Of a stretch of DNA of 64,000 nucleotides, positions 58,241 to 64,000 are shown in pieces. Within the stretch, counting starts at the first letter, position 1. Each line of letters starts with the position of its first letter. The notes under the pieces are model-generated. The model was not told where the DNA came from, searched no databases, and saw only the letters and a program-made list of their open reading frames with translations. The translations under genes and the position numbers were made by a program. The stretch is from Actinomycetota bacterium (GTDB lineage Bacteria; Actinomycetota; Actinomycetes; Mycobacteriales; SCTD01): assembly GCA_046723735.1 (NCBI GenBank), contig JBKOVB010000056.1:14776-78775 (forward strand). The letters are read 5' to 3'.

Positions 58241-59370
58241 CGGGACACCTCCAGGATGCCGCCGAGCGTGAGGTCACGGCCCACCGGCGCCGTCGGCGCG
58301 CGGCGCGGGGCGGACGGCGCGGACGACACGTGCGGCAGGCCGCCGCCGAGCAGCGCGTTGCACTGCGTCACGGACTGCCCGGCGATCGCCAGCAGGTTGC
58401 AGAGCACGCCGGCAGGGCCGCCCTGGGAGCCGCTGTTGTCGCGGGTGTCGAGCGTGCCCGACCCGGAGTTGTAGGCCAGCTGCAGGTTCGACAACGCGGT
58501 CGGAGCGGTGTCGAGGAACTCCCGCAGGGCGCGGCGCTGCTTCACCAGCACGCCGGTGACGGAGGCCAGGTCGGCGACGTTGGCGGTGATGCTGTCCTTG
58601 TTCTCCTTGACGAACGCGGAGACCTCGGCGAGTGCCGACGCGAGCTGCCGGATCGCCCGTGCGAGGTCGGTGCGCTCGCCGTTGAGCTGGTCGGCGACGG
58701 CGGCGAGGTCGAGGTTGAAGGCCCGCACCGCGGCGTCGTTGGCCGCCAGCGCGCTCGTGAGCTGCTGCAGGTTGCCGATCGTCCCGAACAGGTCGCTGCG
58801 GTTGTCGGCGAGCGTCTTCACGGCCGTCGACAGACTCGTCAACGTGGTGTTGAGCCGCTGTCCGTTGCCGTCGAGGTTGGCCGCGCCGACTGAGATCAGG
58901 TCGGACAGGGCGCCGTTCTTGTTAGCTCCGTCCGGGCCGAGCGCCTGGTTGAGCTTGTCGATGTTGGCGTAGATCTGGTCGAGCTCGATGGGCGCCGCGG
59001 TGCGGTCGAGGCCGAGGTGGGAGCGGTCGGCGAGCGTCGGGCCGGCGGTCCAGACGGGGGTGAGCTGGACGTACCGGTCGCTGACGATCGACGGGGCGAC
59101 GAGCACGGCCTTCGCGTCGGCCGGGATCTTGTACGACGCGTCGTAGGTCATGTCCAGGCGCACCTTGGTGCCCTGGGGGGTGATCTTGGTGACCTCGCCG
59201 ATCCGCACGCCGAGCACGCGGACGTCGCTGTGGACGTACACGCCGACGGCGCGGTCGAAGTCGGCGGAGAACGTCTTCGTCGAGCCGCCGCCGAGCAGCC
59301 CGCAGCCCGAGGCGGCACCGGCCGTGGCGAGGAGCGTCAGGAGCGCCAGCAGGCGCGTGCGCAGGCGCAT
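58237..59370 (-). CDS. mceD: MCE-family protein (fourth of six)
   Basis: Start at the ATG at 59370 (MRLRTRLLALLTLLATAGAASGC, lipobox-like). MCE domain VRVLGVRIGEVTKI. Confidence 0.85.
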   Translation of the reverse strand: MRLRTRLLALLTLLATAGAASGCGLLGGGSTKTFSADFDRAVGVYVHSDVRVLGVRIGEVTKITPQGTKVRLDMTYDASYKIPADAKAVLVAPSIVSDRYVQLTPVWTAGPTLADRSHLGLDRTAAPIELDQIYANIDKLNQALGPDGANKNGALSDLISVGAANLDGNGQRLNTTLTSLSTAVKTLADNRSDLFGTIGNLQQLTSALAANDAAVRAFNLDLAAVADQLNGERTDLARAIRQLASALAEVSAFVKENKDSITANVADLASVTGVLVKQRRALREFLDTAPTALSNLQLAYNSGSGTLDTRDNSGSQGGPAGVLCNLLAIAGQSVTQCNALLGGGLPHVSSAPSAPRRAPTAPVGRDLTLGGILEVSR

Positions 59371-60350
59371 CAGAAGCTCCCAGGGCCGAAGCCGGACGGG
59401 TTCGTCAGGTTCCACACGTAGGTGTCGAACCAGCGCCCGTTGCCCAGGTTGTTGGCGAACAGCCGGACGAAGGCCGCCATGCGGGGCAGCGCGACGTCGA
59501 GGTTCTGCTGGTTCTTCCGCAGGACCGCGGCCACGCCCCGCAGGCTGTCCAGGGCCGGCTTGAGGTTGGCCCGGTTCTCGCGGACCAGCGCGGTGAGCTG
59601 CTCGGAGAGCTCGGTCGTGGTGACGAGCAGGCGGTGGATCGCCTCACGCCTGGCCTTGACCTCCTGGAGCACCAGGTCGGCCTCCTTGAGGAAGGCCACC
59701 AGGTCCTGGTCACGGCTGGCCAGCACCGCCGTCACGCCGCGGGCGTGCTGCAGGAGCGCCCGCAGCTTCGCGTCGCGGGAGGCGATGGTGGACGACAGTC
59801 GGGACAGACCGACGAGCGAGGCCTTGACGTCGGGCGGAGAGGCACGGAAGTCGTCAGCGAGAGTCGAGAACGACCTGGCCAGGAGTGTGGTGTCGACGTC
59901 CCCGATGGTGCTGGCGAGCTGCTGGAACGCCGGAGAGATGTCGAAGGGCGCCGACGTGCGCGAGACCGGGATCGGGGTGTCAGGGTCGAGCGTGCCGGGA
60001 CCGTCCGGCTCCAGCGCGACGTACTTGCGGCCCAGAACTGTCTTGATCTTGATTGCGGCACGCGTCTCGGTCCCGAGGTGAACCCCCTTGACGCGCAGCT
60101 TGACTGCGACGTGGTCGCCCTCGAGCGAGATGCCGACGACCTTGCCGACCTTCACGCCGGCGACGCGCACCTCGTCCATCTTCTGCAGCCCGGCGGCCTC
60201 GCTGAAGTCAGCCTCGTAGACCTTGCCGCTGCCCACGAAGGGCAGCCGGTCGCTCGCGAAGGCGGCTGCCACCAGCGCGAGGATGACGGCGATGCCGACC
60301 GCGCCGATCACGGTCTTGTTCCGCTCGCGGAACGGCGTCACTGGTCGCAC
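59370..60350 (-). CDS. mceC: MCE-family protein (third of six)
   Basis: TM segment plus MCE domain (VRVAGVKVGKVVGISL). Confidence 0.85.
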   Translation of the reverse strand: MRPVTPFRERNKTVIGAVGIAVILALVAAAFASDRLPFVGSGKVYEADFSEAAGLQKMDEVRVAGVKVGKVVGISLEGDHVAVKLRVKGVHLGTETRAAIKIKTVLGRKYVALEPDGPGTLDPDTPIPVSRTSAPFDISPAFQQLASTIGDVDTTLLARSFSTLADDFRASPPDVKASLVGLSRLSSTIASRDAKLRALLQHARGVTAVLASRDQDLVAFLKEADLVLQEVKARREAIHRLLVTTTELSEQLTALVRENRANLKPALDSLRGVAAVLRKNQQNLDVALPRMAAFVRLFANNLGNGRWFDTYVWNLTNPSGFGPGSF

Positions 60351-60354
60351 CCCC

Positions 60355-61341
60355 TCACTTCTGGCACCGCGCTGCGCTGTTCACGACCTGCACCCCGTTC
60401 ACCTGCACGCCGCAGAGGTAGAAGTTGAACCAGCCGCCGTACGTCGCGGTGGCCACGATGCGGTTGAGCTTCTCGGGCAGCCGCTGAAGGACGCCGTCCA
60501 CCACCGGACCGTTGTCGTCGAGCGTCTTGGCCAAGGTGCGCAGGGAGGCGATGTCGCTGCGCACACCGGGGCGGATGCCCGCGAGCAGCCCGGCGGTCGC
60601 GTCGGTGAGGTCGCCGATCCCCGCGATCGACTGACCGATGCTGGTCCGGTCGGCGGCGAAACCGGCGCTGAGCCGGCGCAGCTGCACGATGAGACTGGAC
60701 AGGTCGGCATCCCGCTGGTCGACGGTGGCGAGCACGGCCGTGAGGTTGTCGACGACGCGTCCGATCACCGCGTCCTTGTCGGCCAGCGAGTTCGTGAGCG
60801 ACGCCGTCCGCTGGAGCAGGGCGTCGACCGTGCCGCCCTCCCCTTGCAGCGTCTTGACGATCTCGAACGACACGTCGTTGACCGTCTTCGGGTCGAGCGC
60901 CTGGAACAGCGGCCGGAAGCCGTTGAACAGCACCGTCAGGTCCAGCGCCGGACGCGTGCGCGACACGGGCACGGTGGCACCGGACTTCATGGTCGCCGTC
61001 GAGCCGGTGCCCTCCTCGATGGCGAGGTAGCGCTCGCCGACCAGGTTGCGGTAACGCAGCTGCAGGACGTTGCCCTCGGTGAGGTGCCGATTGCCCTCGA
61101 GCTGGAAGGTCACCTCGGCGGTGTCACCCTTCAGGCCGATGCCCTTGACGGTGCCGACCTTGACGCCCGCGATCCGCACCTCGTTGCCGGGCAGCAGCCC
61201 GGTGACGTCGGTGAACATGGCGTGGTAGCTCGTCGTCGCGCCGACGCCGAAGTTGCCGATCGTGGCAGCCAGCACGAACGTCAGCATCGAGGTGACCACG
61301 ATGAAGACGATCAGCTTGACGAGCGCGCCCGTGGTCTTCAC
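60355..61341 (-). CDS. mceB: MCE-family protein (second of six)
   Basis: TM segment plus MCE domain (VRIAGVKVGTVKGIGL). Confidence 0.85.
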   Translation of the reverse strand: MKTTGALVKLIVFIVVTSMLTFVLAATIGNFGVGATTSYHAMFTDVTGLLPGNEVRIAGVKVGTVKGIGLKGDTAEVTFQLEGNRHLTEGNVLQLRYRNLVGERYLAIEEGTGSTATMKSGATVPVSRTRPALDLTVLFNGFRPLFQALDPKTVNDVSFEIVKTLQGEGGTVDALLQRTASLTNSLADKDAVIGRVVDNLTAVLATVDQRDADLSSLIVQLRRLSAGFAADRTSIGQSIAGIGDLTDATAGLLAGIRPGVRSDIASLRTLAKTLDDNGPVVDGVLQRLPEKLNRIVATATYGGWFNFYLCGVQVNGVQVVNSAARCQK

Positions 61342-62600
61342 GACAGCCCCACCGTGTTCCCTCCCGCGAGCGGTCCGAGGAGCAGGCCGACCACGTCGGG
61401 GACCTGCGCCGCCGGGACGTCGAGCAGTGGCGCCGACACGACCGCGAGCGCGGGGTTGGTGGTGAGCAGCCGTGCCTGGGCGCTCTTGGTGGTCGACGTC
61501 TGGTAGCCGTCGTCGAAGCGCGCCTCCGGCATGGGGACCTTCGGGTGCGGCAGCCCGTCGCAGTACGGCGCGCGCGCGTCGCGGTACTTCGGCTCCTGGC
61601 CCGGCGCGTAGCCACCCTGGTCGAGGATCGCCTCGACAGTGATGTGCAGGCCGGCCTGCTTGCCGCCGAAGGCGTTCTCGAGGATGGGCTCGTAGCTCGA
61701 CAGGCCCTTGAGGAAACAGGGGTACTCGGGCGCGTACCGCGCGAACAGCCCGAGCACCGGCTCGGAGCTACGGGACAGCCGCACCAGGCTCTGCTCGTTG
61801 CGCGCCACGACGGTCTGGGCGGTCTGGGCGAACCCGTCAGTCGAGGTGAGGAACCGCTCGAGCGCGGTCCGCTCGGCCACGATGCTGCGGCTGCTGGCCG
61901 CGAGGTTGTCGAGCGTCGTCAGGAGCGTGGGCGACGCGGCCGCGAGGTTGTCGCTCACGGCGCCGAGGTCGGCGAGGTCCTGGCCGATCGTCGGGACCGA
62001 CGGGTTGAGCCGGCGCAGGTAGGCGCCCGTGCGCACCAGGCTCGTGCCCACCTTGTCGCCCCGGTCGCGCAGCGCCGCCGACAGGGCGTGCAGCGTGAGC
62101 GAGAGCTGGTTCGGCCGAAGGTCGCGCAGCAGCGGCAGGATGTCGTCGAGGACCTGCTCGGTCTCGAGCGCCGTCGAGGACCGGTCCTGCGGGATGACGT
62201 CGCCGGAGCGCAGGTGTTCGCCTGAGGGCTGCGCTGGCGGCACCAGCTCGACGTACTTCTCGCCGAACAGGGTCTTCGGCAGCAGCTGCGCCTGCACGTT
62301 GGCCGGGATCTCCGCGACCTTGCCCGGGTCGAGCGCGAGATCGATCGTCGCGCCGTTGCCGGTGGAGCTGACCTTGCGCACCTCGCCCACGACCAGGCCG
62401 CGGAGCTTTACGTCGGCCGGCGCGGAGAGCTGGTTGCCGATGTGGTCGGTCTTCAGCGTCACCTTCACCACGGGGGTGAAGGCCTTCTGGTACAGCAGCA
62501 CAGTCAGCCAGACGAGCATCGCGAGCACCGCGAGGAACGCGACGCCGGAGATGCGGCGGCGGACCAGCGCGGTGCCGGTGGCGGGAGCGAGGGAGGACAC
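61338..62600 (-). CDS. mceA: MCE-family protein (first of six)
   Basis: TM segment plus MCE domain (VKLRGLVVGEVRKVS). Confidence 0.85.
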   Translation of the reverse strand: MSSLAPATGTALVRRRISGVAFLAVLAMLVWLTVLLYQKAFTPVVKVTLKTDHIGNQLSAPADVKLRGLVVGEVRKVSSTGNGATIDLALDPGKVAEIPANVQAQLLPKTLFGEKYVELVPPAQPSGEHLRSGDVIPQDRSSTALETEQVLDDILPLLRDLRPNQLSLTLHALSAALRDRGDKVGTSLVRTGAYLRRLNPSVPTIGQDLADLGAVSDNLAAASPTLLTTLDNLAASSRSIVAERTALERFLTSTDGFAQTAQTVVARNEQSLVRLSRSSEPVLGLFARYAPEYPCFLKGLSSYEPILENAFGGKQAGLHITVEAILDQGGYAPGQEPKYRDARAPYCDGLPHPKVPMPEARFDDGYQTSTTKSAQARLLTTNPALAVVSAPLLDVPAAQVPDVVGLLLGPLAGGNTVGLS

Positions 62601-62601
62601 G

Positions 62602-63477
62602 TCAGCCTGCGATCCGCACCGTCGTCGTCGCGCCCCAGATGGCGAGGCTCAGGAAGAAGTCCACGAGGTTGATGGCCACGATGGCCGTGCGGACCGCGCG
62701 GCCCACTGCCACGCCGACGCCCGCCGGACCGCCCGAGGCGTAGTAGCCGTAGTAGCAGTGGATGAGGATGACGATGACCGCGAAGATCATCACCTTGCCG
62801 AAGCTGTAGAGCACGTCCACGGGTGGCAGGTACTGGCGGAAGTACTGGTCGTAGGTGCCGGTCGACTGGCCGTAGAAGCCCGTGGTGATCGTGCGGGCCG
62901 CGAAGTACGACGACATCAGGCCGATCACGTAGAGCGGGATGACCGCGATGAACCCCGCGATCATCCGCGTGGTCACGAGGAACGGCAGCGACGGGACGCC
63001 CATGACCTCGAGGGCGTCGATCTCCTCGGAGATCCGCATGGCGCCGAGCTGCGCCGTGAAGCCGCAACCCACCGTCGCGGACAGCGCGAGGCCCGCCACG
63101 AGCGGCGCGATCTCGCGGGTGTTGAAGTACGCCGAGAGGAAGGCCGTGAAGTTGGCGGTGCCGAGCTGGTTGAGCGCGGCGTAGCCCTGCAGACCGACCT
63201 CGGTGCCGGTGAAGAAGGTGAGGAACGCGATCACGCCGATGGTGCCGCCCACCATCGCCAGCGCACCCGAACCCAGCGCCACCTCGGCGAGCAGCCGCGC
63301 GACCTCGCGCTTGTAGCGCAGGAAGACGCGGTAGGTCCAGCCGAAGGAGCGGCCGTAGAACGAGAGCTGCGCGCCGAGGTCGTCGAGGGACCCGAGCAGG
63401 CTGTCGCTCACCCGCCGACCCCAGCGCAGCGGGGCCGCGAGGACGGGAGGCACCGGGGTGCCGGAGCTGACAGCCAC
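62602..63477 (-). CDS. yrbEB: Mce ABC-transporter permease (MlaE/YrbE family)
   Basis: 291-aa polytopic protein with EIDALEVMG and other MlaE-type motifs. Confidence 0.85.
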   Translation of the reverse strand: MAVSSGTPVPPVLAAPLRWGRRVSDSLLGSLDDLGAQLSFYGRSFGWTYRVFLRYKREVARLLAEVALGSGALAMVGGTIGVIAFLTFFTGTEVGLQGYAALNQLGTANFTAFLSAYFNTREIAPLVAGLALSATVGCGFTAQLGAMRISEEIDALEVMGVPSLPFLVTTRMIAGFIAVIPLYVIGLMSSYFAARTITTGFYGQSTGTYDQYFRQYLPPVDVLYSFGKVMIFAVIVILIHCYYGYYASGGPAGVGVAVGRAVRTAIVAINLVDFFLSLAIWGATTTVRIAG

Positions 63478-63478
63478 C

Positions 63479-64000
63479 TCAGCCGCCCTTCTGCGGGACG
63501 ACCTGGAAGTAGATCGCCGTGATGATGAAGTTGGTGAGGAACAGCAGCATGAAGCTGATGATCACGGTCTGGTTCACCGCGTCGCCGACGCCCTTCGGAC
63601 CGCCCTTGGCGTTGAGGCCCTTGTAGGCGGCCACCAAGGCGGCCAGCATCCCGAAGATCACGGCCTTGAGCTCCCCGACGTACAGGTCGGGCAGCTGGGC
63701 GAGGGCGGTGAACGACGCGAGGTAGGCGCCGGGGGTGCCGCCCTGGAGGATCACGTTGAAGAAGTAGCCGCCGAGGACGCCGACCACGGCGACCATGCCG
63801 TTGAGGAAGAACGCGACGAGCATCGAGGCGAGCACCCGCGGCACCACGAGGCGCGCCAGCGGCGAGACGCCGAGCACCTCCATCGCGTCGATCTCCTCGC
63901 GGATCTTGCGCGAGCCGAGATCGGCGCAGATGGCCGAGCCGCCGGCGCCGGCGATGAGCAGCGCGGTCACGATCGGGCTCGCCTCGCGGACGACACCGAG
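63479..64000 (-). CDS. yrbEA: Mce ABC-transporter permease (MlaE/YrbE family), 5' end outside the window
   Basis: EIDAMEVLG motif. The reading frame stays open to the window edge (..LGVVREASPIVTALLIAG..). Confidence 0.85.
   Translation of the reverse strand, partial: LGVVREASPIVTALLIAGAGGSAICADLGSRKIREEIDAMEVLGVSPLARLVVPRVLASMLVAFFLNGMVAVVGVLGGYFFNVILQGGTPGAYLASFTALAQLPDLYVGELKAVIFGMLAALVAAYKGLNAKGGPKGVGDAVNQTVIISFMLLFLTNFIITAIYFQVVPQKGG

Overview
This is a very GC-rich actinobacterial chromosomal core segment (by gene content and protein sequences; GC not computed). Only two genes are on the plus strand. From high to low coordinates, on the minus strand: an mce uptake operon (yrbEA partial, yrbEB, mceA-F, two Mce-associated membrane proteins); rpoB-rpoC; rpsL-rpsG-fusA-tuf; and the S10/spc/alpha ribosomal superoperon (rpsJ to rplQ, including secY-adk-map, an inserted Ig-like-domain ORF, and infA-rpmJ). 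These are followed by truA, an ABC-F ATPase plus a GNAT, rplM-rpsI-glmM and a secreted S53-type peptidase. Next comes a tightly packed pepN-glmS-acpS-nnr-alr-hydrolase-UDG-tsaE string, two acyl-CoA ligases, and tsaB-hypothetical-rimI-tsaD plus a small ORF. A DUF2231-like gene and folE lie on the plus strand. I saw no rRNA, tRNA, CRISPR, IS or phage genes, and no convincing novel multi-gene system. The unusual signals are small-scale. (1) A 62-nt nested palindromic element occurs in three copies, one of them in-frame inside pepN. (2) Two of those copies share a spacing architecture with rare CTAG/-10-like boxes directly in front of the pepN and tsaB start codons. (3) A family of GTAC-core hairpins sits at operon junctions. 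(4) A KstR-type operator and a 19-bp inverted repeat flank a pair of acyl-CoA ligase genes that split the t6A (tsaE/tsaB) cluster. (5) Orphan ORFs are wedged into otherwise conserved operons: a 183-aa protein between tsaB and rimI, and a signal-less Ig-like protein between map and infA. (6) L24 carries a Cys4 motif. Many track ORFs are over-extended at the 5' end or are antisense artefacts of high GC. I trimmed starts using conserved N-termini, SD sequences and GTGA/ATGA overlaps. Hairpin and motif coordinates were counted by hand and may be off by 1-2 nt.
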